The position numbers and the translations under genes were made by a program. DNA of 64,000 nucleotides from contig OZ244922.1 of the NCBI GenBank assembly GCA_965221905.1, forward strand, positions 1,216,001-1,280,000, in the 5' to 3' direction. This stretch comes from Chloroflexota bacterium (GTDB lineage: Bacteria; Chloroflexota; UBA11872; VXOZ01). The notes under the pieces were generated by a model that did no database searches, was not told where the DNA came from, and saw only the letters and a list, made by a program, of their open reading frames with translations. Below, piece by piece: positions 9,259-18,773 of this stretch (positions are counted from its first letter, which is position 1; every line of letters begins with the position of its first letter).

Positions 9259-10159
9259 GGTTTTCCTCTCGGGTGTCGTAATACTGGAGAAAGATATCTT
9301 CGAGGCGTCGCTCTTGGTATTCAATATCCACCACGGTGTGGCGTGCCGCTTCTTTGAGGGCTCCGGCGAGATTGCTTTGGACCAGCGCCAGCACGGTATT
9401 GCCCTCCTGGGACTCTTTTTGCACGCCGTCCAGGCCGGTTAGAAAGTCTGCCGGCGGCGGTTCAGCAAAGACCAGGCGCAGCCGCCGCACGTGCTTCTCC
9501 TGGAGAGACTCTAAGGTGTCGCTCAAGACAAGCCTGCCGTCGCGAATCACCCCCACTCGGTCGCAGATGCGTTCCACCTCGTCCAAATAGTGGCTGGAGA
9601 AGAAGACTGTGCCGCCCTGCTGGCGGTACTCATCCAAGATCGCGTAGAGTTCCTGCTGCATGAGGGGATCGAGCCCGCTTGTCGCCTCATCGAAGAGGAC
9701 CAGGTCGGGACGGTGCATGAGCGCCTGCAGCACGCCGAGCTTTTGTTTATTGCCCCGCGATAGCGTGCCGATGCGCCGGTCGAGTGCAGCGCTCAAACGA
9801 TCGGCTAACTCGTACACGTACGTGGTGTCTGAAACACCGCGCACGGAGCCGAAGTAGCGCAGCAGTTCCTGCCCCGTGAGATTCTCGTACATGCGCAACT
9901 CGCCGGGCAGAAAGCCGGTGCGGGCACGGATCGCCTTCGATTGACGTTCCATGTCCATACCGAGAATGTTCGCGGAGCCGCTCGTGGGGCGGATGAGATT
10001 TAGGAGCAGACGGACCGTGGTCGTCTTACCGGCGCCGTTCGGGCCCACAAAGCCGTAGATTTCTCCACGCTGCACGTCAAGGTCAAGTTCCACGACGCCG
10101 CGACTCTTGCCGTAGGTCTTGGTTAATTGCCGTGTTTCAATTGCCAGTTCTGACTCCAA
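9224..10159 (-). CDS. ABC transporter ATP-binding protein
   Basis: GPNGAGKTT, LSRGNKQK, LFDEATSGLDP, SSH; start (TTG 10159) uncertain. Confidence 0.92.
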   Translation of the reverse strand: MESELAIETRQLTKTYGKSRGVVELDLDVQRGEIYGFVGPNGAGKTTTVRLLLNLIRPTSGSANILGMDMERQSKAIRARTGFLPGELRMYENLTGQELLRYFGSVRGVSDTTYVYELADRLSAALDRRIGTLSRGNKQKLGVLQALMHRPDLVLFDEATSGLDPLMQQELYAILDEYRQQGGTVFFSSHYLDEVERICDRVGVIRDGRLVLSDTLESLQEKHVRRLRLVFAEPPPADFLTGLDGVQKESQEGNTVLALVQSNLAGALKEAARHTVVDIEYQERRLEDIFLQYYDTREENHAAESAAQDPA

Positions 10160-10734
10160 GGTTCGGATCCTCTCTGCTTGGCTTCTTGCCTGATGTAACA
10201 AGATTGAGAATTTAGTCAATCATACGAAGTTCGTGTAGGTGCGTACTCACGACCGAATTGTTGCAAAGCATGCACATCATCCATCCGATTCCAATCGCAC
10301 GTCTAATTTTCCGATTGAGAAAACGTTATTCACGTGACGCCTAACGGAGGAATAGCAGGCTTCTGAGATTTCGTAGTCTCAATAGGATTGTTTACGGCGG
10401 CAACCACGGTGTTGTTTTGCTGCTTCTACCGCTATTATAGCCTATACGTATCAATAAGAAGACGCGGGTACTGGGGGTGGTGGAGCCCCAAAAGGCTTGA
10501 TGCTTGCATGTGCGCGGAATCGCCTTGCCGGCATAGTGGCGGCCAGGTTCAATGGAACTTGGCGCACAGGCCACAGCCGTGGCGAGTGCAACGCCGCTTA
10601 GGCGCGTTTCTTAGGTAGTTCTCAGACTGCATAGGTAGAATGAAGTACGATCTTAGCTGGCGAGACCGCTAAGGGGTGCGTTCTGCACATTGTCAAAATT
10701 CTCTTTATGACTTGCTGTAACGGAGGTTTGCGAA

Positions 10735-11583
10735 ATGGGCACTTTGGATAGACGAGGTTGGGTCGGTATATCTGCCTTGGCAGTGGGGGTGGTGATTCTG
10801 CTCATTGTGATATTTTCATCCGTTCGCGACGCGGGCCAGCAGTTCCTCAACCTCTTTCGAGTCCAGCAGGTGCAAACTATCCAGATCACGCAAGAATTCT
10901 TGGATTCTCTACCGGAACCGGACGCCGAACTGATCCAGTGGGTAGAAGAGCCTTCAGGCGATGGAGAGGGACGTGAGGTCACGCTTGCTGAAGCGGAGGA
11001 GGCGTTGGGCTTTCGACCCGCGCGGCTCTCTGAAGTGCCTGATATTTTGCAGGCAGACCCCAAAGTCATGATTACCGATGCAGCAGAAGCCTCGTTTAGC
11101 ATTGACTTGCCTGTGGCTCGAAACTACATCTGGGCGCTAGGCGGCGACGGCGCTATTCTTCCCGATGAGCTGGAGGGCGCGATATTCCGAATCACGGTGC
11201 CCCAGGTGGGAATGCTGTTCTATGCTTCGAAAGACAATCCCGATCAAGGCGTCCGTCTCCTGCAAACTACCAGCCCGACGCTTGCAACCCCCAGTGAGAT
11301 AGACATGGACGCAATTCGTACTGAGCTTCTGGAATTGTCCATCTTGTCTCCGGAGTTGGCAGACCAACTGCGGGCGGTAGAAGACTGGGAACAGACGCTG
11401 CTCCTGCCTTTGGTGGAAGGTATGTCTGAGGAAGTAAACGTTGGCTCAGCGACCGCGGTGCGGTTCTTTGGCATAGACGACGAAGATCGCATGCTCGTCT
11501 GGGTTGTCCAGGATCGAATTCACGTACTTAGCACGAATGTCCCCGACCTCAATCTGGCGGACTTGGCGGAGAACGTCAGGTAA
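10735..11583 (+). CDS. membrane-anchored protein resembling the extracytoplasmic part of ECF anti-sigma factors
   Basis: GGAGG SD; single TM then QFLNLFRVQQV and DW..TL.LP patterns. Confidence 0.5.
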   Translation: MGTLDRRGWVGISALAVGVVILLIVIFSSVRDAGQQFLNLFRVQQVQTIQITQEFLDSLPEPDAELIQWVEEPSGDGEGREVTLAEAEEALGFRPARLSEVPDILQADPKVMITDAAEASFSIDLPVARNYIWALGGDGAILPDELEGAIFRITVPQVGMLFYASKDNPDQGVRLLQTTSPTLATPSEIDMDAIRTELLELSILSPELADQLRAVEDWEQTLLLPLVEGMSEEVNVGSATAVRFFGIDDEDRMLVWVVQDRIHVLSTNVPDLNLADLAENVR

Positions 11584-11910
11584 AGAAGCTCTGCCACTGA
11601 CTACAGAGTCGGCAGTGTCGACCGCAACTTGGCGGCCTGACGGCGTGTTGCCCAGTTATTGCTCTATGGGGACGCAATCGGAATACTTTTTTGCACGCGG
11701 TATGAGTCTTGGGGGAGTCGCTGCTTCCTGCAAGAGATTGCGTGCTCTTTGATGCTGATCAGCCTGTTCGTAGGTAAGTAGGGCATTGAACCACGCACCG
11801 CATCGGCGGTCCGCGCGTTGGCGCAATGAACTCCAGGTGCGCGGTATGCGGTCGTTGGAGTACGCTAGATTCGGAGTGCAATGTTGAGCGAATCCCATTA
11901 GGAGGCTTAC

Positions 11911-12588
11911 ATGGAGTACGAGATCTTTCACCGACCGTCATACGCGATGCTCAACATGCAATTGTCTGCCGGTGAGAATGTGAGCGCCGAAGCCGGCGCG
12001 ATGGTCAGTATGTCCAGCGGCATCGAGATAGAGACCAGCATGCGCGGCGGCCTAATGGGCGGCTTACGGCGCAAGTTCCTGGGTGGCGAGTCCTTCTTCA
12101 TAAACACGTTTAGCGCGGCGCGGAATGGAGAGGTGAATTTTGCGCCCAGCCTCCCCGGCGACATCTATGCGGTTGAGCTCAACAACGAAGTTATATTTGC
12201 CCAATCCGGCTCATTTATTGCCTCGACGGCTGGCGTCGAAGTGGATACTTCTTGGGGCGGCGCGAAGACGTTCTTCTCCGGTGAGGGTCTCTTCCTCCTC
12301 AAGATCAGCGGCAGCGGCACAGTGTTCCTCTCAAGCTATGGCGCGATCCACGAGATCGTTTTGGATGAAGGACAATCTTACACCGTGGACACGGGCCACA
12401 TGGTCTCGTTTGCCGAAGGCGTCGGCTATTCGGTAAAGCGTGTGGGCGGCATGAAGTCCACGCTCTTCAGCGGAGAAGGCCTGGTGGTCGAACTGACCGG
12501 CCCCGGCAAGGTGACGATTCAGTCGCGCAGTACCGACGCGTTCCTCGCCTGGCTCATTCCCCACTTGCCCAAGACCAACTCAGGTTAG
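11911..12588 (+). CDS. TIGR00266/AIM24 family protein
   Basis: AEAGAMVSMS, GGESFFINTF, SGEGLF, VDTGH, GPGKV..QSR. Confidence 0.9.
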   Translation: MEYEIFHRPSYAMLNMQLSAGENVSAEAGAMVSMSSGIEIETSMRGGLMGGLRRKFLGGESFFINTFSAARNGEVNFAPSLPGDIYAVELNNEVIFAQSGSFIASTAGVEVDTSWGGAKTFFSGEGLFLLKISGSGTVFLSSYGAIHEIVLDEGQSYTVDTGHMVSFAEGVGYSVKRVGGMKSTLFSGEGLVVELTGPGKVTIQSRSTDAFLAWLIPHLPKTNSG

Positions 12589-12661
12589 GTGCAGGTCGAT
12601 CATCGTAAGCCAAGACAATTCCTTGTCATAGGGTCGCTATCGCAAGGATTGATCCTTGCGT

Positions 12662-12907
12662 TCAATCCGCGGTTTCCACGGTTGGGGCGTGCGTGAGGTC
12701 CGCCTTGGTTACTGGTCGCGCCTGTGACGGCAGCACCGTAGCGATAGTTATAGTCTCTCCGTCCGAGGCCGTGAACTCCACGACAAAGGCTTCGCCATTG
12801 GGGTGGACATGCACGATTGTACCGACGTCTCCCGGCAGCAAATTGTCTTTGCGGTCGCCGGAGACAGCGGCGGTGAGGACGACTTGCTCGTGTTCTTTGA
12901 ACATCAT
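12662..12907 (-). CDS. DUF4926 domain protein
   Basis: L.PGDVGTIVHV.....AFVVEF...DGETI.IATV pattern. Confidence 0.8.
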   Translation of the reverse strand: MMFKEHEQVVLTAAVSGDRKDNLLPGDVGTIVHVHPNGEAFVVEFTASDGETITIATVLPSQARPVTKADLTHAPTVETAD

Positions 12908-12911
12908 CGCC

Positions 12912-13682
12912 TCAGGCTGCAAGTTCAGGAAGCGCGAGTTCACGATTGGACCATGAGATTCCGTGCACGTCATACTCCCGCAAGGCCGCCATCGCGTTTT
13001 CCGCTACCTGCCGTTCCGTATCGTTCAATAGCGCGTAAGCGCGAGAGTCGGGTGTGCGATTCTCTTTGGTGTCGCCCCAAGCGAACACCATTGACTGAAC
13101 AGTCTGCCGGTTCGGCTGATTGATTGCCTTTACAACTCGTTCAGGCTGCGATCTGGACTTGGGGATCACAAAGTCGAACACGTGATCATAGCCGCTTCTC
13201 CCCGAGAACTTAACGGTAGGCGTGTATCTTACGTCGGCATGATCAAGCCAAGTTACGACCTCTTCGCGAAATAGGAGTGGCACGGGAGTCGCCAAGTAAA
13301 ACAGATCGTTGACAGCAAGCATTGCCTGCACGAGGTTGTGCTTGCGAACTGGGAAATTGTCCGGTGACGTGTTGACCTCTAGTCTATTTCCATTTCGTTT
13401 TATGCCAAACCCGTTTAGAGTCATGTCGAGCAACGCGCGTCGCTTGGACGGCCTGGAAGTATCGACACCGCAGCCTGACATCTCCAGGTCATCCAAAACG
13501 TATCCGTCATCGCTTAAGATGAATCCGCCGTTGTTTTTTGTGGCAAATATCTGGAGATAGTCATTGTGACGGTCCAGGTGCGGCGTGGTTATCTCGACCC
13601 AGTCATTGATTTGGCGCAGTGTCGTCTTTTCTTTCAGCCACTCCCAGTATTGGTTTAAGAGTAGCTGCACTTCGTCAGTCAT
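12912..13682 (-). CDS. DUF1828 + DUF1829 protein (C-terminal PD-(D/E)XK-like fold)
   Basis: EITTP.LDRHND.LQI, LSDDGY, QAMLAVNDLF, G.SG.DH.FDFVIP...PER. Confidence 0.85.
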   Translation of the reverse strand: MTDEVQLLLNQYWEWLKEKTTLRQINDWVEITTPHLDRHNDYLQIFATKNNGGFILSDDGYVLDDLEMSGCGVDTSRPSKRRALLDMTLNGFGIKRNGNRLEVNTSPDNFPVRKHNLVQAMLAVNDLFYLATPVPLLFREEVVTWLDHADVRYTPTVKFSGRSGYDHVFDFVIPKSRSQPERVVKAINQPNRQTVQSMVFAWGDTKENRTPDSRAYALLNDTERQVAENAMAALREYDVHGISWSNRELALPELAA

Positions 13683-14128
13683 GGAAACAACTCTCTCCTG
13701 ATAATGGGTGGCTCCGTTATCCTGCAGTACTCCATGAAATCCTGAAGCGTTTGCCAAGTGTCGCTCAAGTTTGCAAAGCGAACTGACGGCACCGGGATTG
13801 CCCATCTATCGCCATACCCTTCCCGGTAGATGTGTAGGTGGGGTGCGGGCACTTCTTCATCATCGGGGTTACGGTGAGGCGGACCGCTTGCATCCAGTCT
13901 GACCAAAACCACGACGCCTCGGGCGCGATTCTGATAGGTTCTTCGGGAGAGGGCGATCTTGCTCCGGTATAGGTCCAACCGGAACTGCTCACGACCATCC
14001 CGCGAAACTAGCGGAATGATGACCTTCCCACCCATGTGTGGATAGAGCCACTCCTTCGCGTCGACTCTGTACTTGTCTAGAGCAATAAGTTCCTCGGCCT
14101 CGGCTTGCGTTAGGTTGACGTTCGCCAT
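13679..14128 (-). CDS. DUF6978 family protein
   Basis: LTQ.EA..LI, F.LDL.R, LVRLD..G.PH.NPD, PH.H.YREGY...WA; ATGA overlap with next gene. Confidence 0.75.
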   Translation of the reverse strand: MANVNLTQAEAEELIALDKYRVDAKEWLYPHMGGKVIIPLVSRDGREQFRLDLYRSKIALSRRTYQNRARGVVVLVRLDASGPPHRNPDDEEVPAPHLHIYREGYGDRWAIPVPSVRFANLSDTWQTLQDFMEYCRITEPPIIRRELFP

Positions 14129-14330
14129 TCATTTGTCCGATTGGTATTTCTCTGACTACAGCTCTTCAGCACAAATGTAGCTAAATCGTTGTTGCAAGAG
14201 TGAATTCCCGGGCAATCAACAAGAATTCGTAGCATGCTGCAACCGGTACTGGGTCTCTAGCCAAAGACCTCATCAAACTTGGCCCAAACCGACAACTTAT
14301 GTGCCTGTGCGGCAACCCAGTTGAGAGTGT

Positions 14331-15032
14331 TCAGGAATCTTCGCCGTTGTCGGAATTCCAGGCTCGGCTGCCTTTAACGTGCAGGTAGCTTGCGCCGGCC
14401 TCGATCCAGGCTTCGCGGTAGGCGTAAAGAGTTTGCTCGTTGCGGCCGGCAACGGTGCGCACTTCCTCAGCGGTCTTATGCAGCCACGGCACGTTATCGG
14501 CCACCTCTTCAGGACGCTCTTGCAGGAAGCGGCGCATCTCTTCCAGCTTGGCCAGGCCGCCGGGCACGTCCGGCCCGGTGATCGCCTGCATCCGCTGTGC
14601 TGCTTCCAAGAGCGCGTCGGCAGCTTCTTTGTACACGTCCCAGCGGCGCTGCATGCGCTCCATCATGTGCTGGATGTCGTCCAGGAGCGCGGTGATGTGC
14701 TCAGCCTCTGCCTGCACCCGTGCCGGCTCTTCTTCCTCAACGCGCTTCAATTCGTCAATACTGCCGCAGACGTCGGTGTAGTGAGTCTGGCGCGCGGCGC
14801 CTCCCTCCGACATGTCCGGCACAAATTGGTTGGCTCCGGTCCAGCGCACGCGCGGCAGCTCCATCATGCCGCCGTCCTCGAAGTAGACCAGCGGCGGCTG
14901 GTTGTGCCCCGCCTCCTCGATGTGCGCGCGGCCCTCCGCGATCTTTTCCAATATCTTCTCGCGGTGCGGTGAAGGCGGCAGCCATCGCTCGTCGATATCA
15001 GTGGCGGCGACTCTTTCTTGCAGTTGGCTCAT
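14331..15032 (-). CDS. hypothetical protein
   Basis: 233-aa ORF with GAGGAG SD and host-like codon usage; helical C-terminal half. Confidence 0.7.
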   Translation of the reverse strand: MSQLQERVAATDIDERWLPPSPHREKILEKIAEGRAHIEEAGHNQPPLVYFEDGGMMELPRVRWTGANQFVPDMSEGGAARQTHYTDVCGSIDELKRVEEEEPARVQAEAEHITALLDDIQHMMERMQRRWDVYKEAADALLEAAQRMQAITGPDVPGGLAKLEEMRRFLQERPEEVADNVPWLHKTAEEVRTVAGRNEQTLYAYREAWIEAGASYLHVKGSRAWNSDNGEDS

Positions 15033-15145
15033 CGTGTTTGCTCCTCATCTGATTTACAGATACATGTGCGGCGTACAAGGTGTAGTACTCGCCCTGCCGG
15101 CCCGCTTTTTCTTCGCTTCTGCTCTGCACTTAGTATACTACCCTT

Positions 15146-15760
15146 ATGGACATTGTCATCCCAGAGCTTCAACCCACGCCCGAGCGGCGTGTCTCCGTGA
15201 TGCAGACTCATGATGTCACCCTGCGCGGCGCAGCCGTGACTCTGCGGCCTATGGCTGAAAGTGACTGGGATGTGCTCCTCAAGTGGAACAACGATCCCGC
15301 AGTGATGGAACTCGCCGATCACAACCCTTTTGAAGAGTCCACGCTGGAGGACTTGCAGACCATCTATCGCTGGTTATCGACCCACGCCTACTGTTTCATC
15401 ATGGAAGTAGAGGGCAATCCAATCGGCGAGTGTTGGTTGCAACGGATGAATCTGCAGCGGATCGTTGCGCAGTTTCCCGATAAGGACCTGCGCCGCATCG
15501 ACCTCATGATCGGCGAGAAGGAGCTATGGGGCTGCGGGTACGGTACGGAGGCAATAGGGCTCCTCGTAGAATTCGGTTTTCAGATTGAGAGAGCCGACGC
15601 CATATTCGCCCCCGTAATGGCGGACAACCACCGCAGCCAACGCGCCTTCCAAAAGAATGGCTTCACCTGCCACGCCCGCATCCAGGAGCCGGACGGAAGG
15701 GTGAATACCGATCTGGTACTGTGGCGGACTGAGTATGAAGCCGCCGGAGCGGGCGAATAA
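15146..15760 (+). CDS. GNAT (RimJ/RimL-like) acetyltransferase
   Basis: LRPMAESD, IGEKELWG.GYGTEA, N.RS.RAF.KNGF; start may be at 15199. Confidence 0.85.
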   Translation: MDIVIPELQPTPERRVSVMQTHDVTLRGAAVTLRPMAESDWDVLLKWNNDPAVMELADHNPFEESTLEDLQTIYRWLSTHAYCFIMEVEGNPIGECWLQRMNLQRIVAQFPDKDLRRIDLMIGEKELWGCGYGTEAIGLLVEFGFQIERADAIFAPVMADNHRSQRAFQKNGFTCHARIQEPDGRVNTDLVLWRTEYEAAGAGE

Positions 15761-15835
15761 TCGCCGCAACATGGCGTGGACGACCTATTAGCATAGCGCC
15801 CGGCGATGGTCTTGCATTGGCGTTTGAATCCCAGG

Positions 15836-16879
15836 CTATGCTGACGTTACTGTGATCCCGCTGCCTTCGGTCACGGAGCCGATGATCCAGAGCGGCTCGT
15901 TGGCGGTGCGGAAGGCCTCTTCGAGTTGGGCTTGATCCTGCGGGGGTACGGCGGCGAGCAGACCGCCGCTGGTCTGGGGATCGAAGAGGAGGGCGCTGAG
16001 TGCGGACGGGATTTCCGCCACCAGGGCAAGCAGTCCTTCATCCAGGAGAAAGTCGCGATTGCGGTCTAGGCCGCCCGGCACCACGTCGTCGCGGGCATAA
16101 GCCAACGCGCCGTTGAGCAGCGGAATTGCTTGTGCTGCAAATTCAAAGCGCACGTTGCCGTGGCGCGCCATCTCCATTGCATGTCCGAGCAGGCCGTAAC
16201 CGGTCACGTCGGTGCAAGCGTGGATGGTGAACTGTTGGAATAACCGCGCAGCGCCGCCATTGAGACGGCACATGCTGGCAACGGCTTCCTCTAAGTGCGC
16301 TGGCTCGACGCAGTCGCGCTTGTGGGCCGTGGTGATCACGCCGGTGCCGATAGGTTTCGTTAGGACTAGAATGTCCCCCGGCTGCGCGCCGGCTTTGGTG
16401 AAGATACGGTCGGGGTGAACTTGGCCCGTCACCGATAAGCCGTACTTCGGTTCCTCGTCGGTCACCGTGTGCCCACCGGCGATCACCGCACCGGCCTCCA
16501 GTACCTTGTCCGCGCCTCCCTGAAATATGCGGCTCAGGATGTCCAGGTCGAGGTTGTCGGGAAAGCCCGCGAGATTTAATGCGAAGAGCGGCTCGCCTCC
16601 CATGGCGTAGACGTCGCTTAGAGCGTTGGCAGCCGCAATCTGGCCGAAGGCGTAGGGATCATCTACCACGGGCGGAAAGAAGTCCGCAGTGCTGATGATG
16701 GCCTGCTCGTCGTTCATGCGATACACGGCGGCATCATCCGGCGCGGCTAAACCCACCAGGAGATTGCTATCGGATTGTGAAGGAAAGGCGCGCAGAACCT
16801 GCGCGAGCTCGGCGGGGCCGAGTTTGCCTGCTCACCCCGCACAAGCGGCCAGGCTGGTCAACTTTATCGGTGTTGCCAT
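15836..16879 (-). CDS. selD: selenide, water dikinase, selenocysteine-containing (UGA at codon 16)
   Basis: MATPIKLTSLAACAG-U-AGKLGP in frame with DDAAVY, DFFPPVVDDP, NALSDVYAMGG, TDVTGYGLLGH, DPQTSGGLL; AGGAG SD upstream. Confidence 0.95.
16790..16804 (-). promoter_or_regulatory. putative bacterial SECIS element of selD
   Basis: GCGCAG-GUU-CUGCGC hairpin, loop 33 nt downstream of the UGA at 16834-16832. Confidence 0.6.
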
Positions 16880-17024
16880 CGTGTTACTCCTACTGCCTTT
16901 GGCGGCGGTATCGAACGGGTGTTTGCAACGGCGCCACCGCGCCGCCTCACAATGTTGTCCCCTTGTCTTAGGCCCAAATTCACTGAGGCTTGTGCGCTAA
17001 CTCGGTATTGGCTGCACAGCAATT

Positions 17025-17225
17025 CCGTTCGGCCTGAGCTTGTCGAAGGCCGAGATTGAGCGCAGAGACAGCACGTATTACACGCTCGTGTTCTCAGCCT
17101 TTCATGCTTCGACAGGCTCAGCACGAACGGCTGGCGTGCTCAGCACGAACGGCTGGCGGGCTCAGCACGAACGGCTGGCAGTCTCAGCACGAACGTTTGG
17201 CAGGCTCAGCACGAACGGCTGACAG
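17025..17225. repeat. REP pair with five tandem 22-bp copies of one arm
   Basis: CCGTTCGGCCTGAGCTTGTCGAAGG (17025-49) inverted to CTTCGACAGGCTCAGCACGAACGG (17107-30); GCTCAGCACGAACGGCTGGCNN at 17116, 17138, 17160, 17182, 17204. Confidence 0.88.
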
Positions 17226-17422
17226 TGTCACCGAAAGCGAGATTGGCAAACGTTGTATACACCCTCTCAGTATAGCAACTCCGCGTGGAGGCAATGGATT
17301 TGCAGGAGGACTCAGCACGCGAGCAGCCTCGCGATAGCAAGTCTCTGCGTTGACCGTTTCGCGCATTGGCGTCGCATCCAGGTCTTAGGGATTCCCACAA
17401 GCGCAGCAGTTCGTTGCACTCC

Positions 17423-18271
17423 CTAGGCAAAGTCCCGCCACGAGTATTGCGGTTGAAAGCCGAGGTCGCGCTTTGCCTTGGCGTTGGATAAGCCCGATTG
17501 CGTGCCGGTGAGGTGAGCTGCCATTTGCTCAGTGCCTGGGAAGACGAGCGGCGCGGCTTCGGCGAGGGGCATGGGGCAGAAAGCGTCGTCGGCCACGATG
17601 TAATACGCGCCTTGCACGGCGTCTTCCGTTTCCAAGGCCAAACGAAAGCCGACTGCCAGATCGCGCACGTCCGAGTAGCCCCATATGCCGCGGTAGTAGA
17701 CGTTGAAATCGGCCTCCATGGCCGCCAAGCGTTCGGGCCAGTTCTCCGGCACGATGACGTGCGACGGACGGATAGACACAGCGGGTATGCCGGTGCGCCG
17801 ATGCACCATGTCCACGATGTCTTCCCCCACCACTTTGGAAAGTCCATAGGGGTCTTGCGGGAGGTCTGGGTGGTTCTCATCCACCGGCAGGTAGTGAGGC
17901 GCGAAGTCACGGTAGCGGAACCCCATGCCGAGCACGTTGATGCTGCTCGTCGCCACGATCTTTCGGAGTCCGAGCGTGGCGGCCGCCTCGCACACGTTAT
18001 AAGTGCCCATCACATTTGTGCGAAAGACATGAGCGTTGGCGTGGGTGCCCGGTGAAGGGATGGCGGAAAGGTGAACCACGGCCTCCGCCGGGGCGAGGAG
18101 TTCGAAGATGGTGCCCTCGTCCTCGTGGTCTCCGAGGCGATAGTGAACGCCCGCTTCCGGCTCCGGCGGTACTACTCGATCGAAAGAGACGATTTCGTGC
18201 CCGTGCCGCAAGAGCTCTCTGACTACGTACCGACCGATGTTGCCGCTGCCGCCCGTTACAACCACTTTCAT
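17423..18271 (-). CDS. NAD-dependent epimerase/dehydratase
   Basis: VTGGSGNIG, YGLSK catalytic motif, DVRDLA. Confidence 0.9.
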   Translation of the reverse strand: MKVVVTGGSGNIGRYVVRELLRHGHEIVSFDRVVPPEPEAGVHYRLGDHEDEGTIFELLAPAEAVVHLSAIPSPGTHANAHVFRTNVMGTYNVCEAAATLGLRKIVATSSINVLGMGFRYRDFAPHYLPVDENHPDLPQDPYGLSKVVGEDIVDMVHRRTGIPAVSIRPSHVIVPENWPERLAAMEADFNVYYRGIWGYSDVRDLAVGFRLALETEDAVQGAYYIVADDAFCPMPLAEAAPLVFPGTEQMAAHLTGTQSGLSNAKAKRDLGFQPQYSWRDFA

Positions 18272-18773
18272 GCCGCCTATCTCCTCAAATATTGCTTGGT
18301 GCTCGCTTGTGTTCGCTGCTTGTAGGCACACTGTCACGTTACATGGTGCCATGCACTCCCTCTGTCAGCCGATTCGTTCCTACAGATGATTCGTTTTCAC
18401 TCATTGTAAGGGCTCTGCCGCTAGACCGGGCGTCCGCCAGTGAAGATTTCAAGCGGTGCCCAGCCCTCCTACTGTAGCCCGCATGGAAACTGTGTCGGCG
18501 GCTAACACCGAATAGGTAAATGTAAGCGAGATCCACGCCATCTTCAAGAATCGGACGGGGGAGACGTGCTACGCTATGCTGGAAAGTGAGCACCCACTCT
18601 CTTCTCCAAGCGGATGGTTGACTGCCGTGTGCACGTTAGTATAGCGTGAGAGGCGGCAATGGGAGTATTCATTGCCGCGGCACTTGGTATCGTGCCGCAT
18701 GCAGAGTCAAGTGGGACAATTGGCTGGCGCGAAAGACAAAGGTGTCTCATAGCAGCGAGAAAGAGGAGACAGC

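Noticed and set aside
18350-18770. rpmB or another small gene divergent from degV
   Set aside because: The short frames I translated showed no recognisable motif or SD
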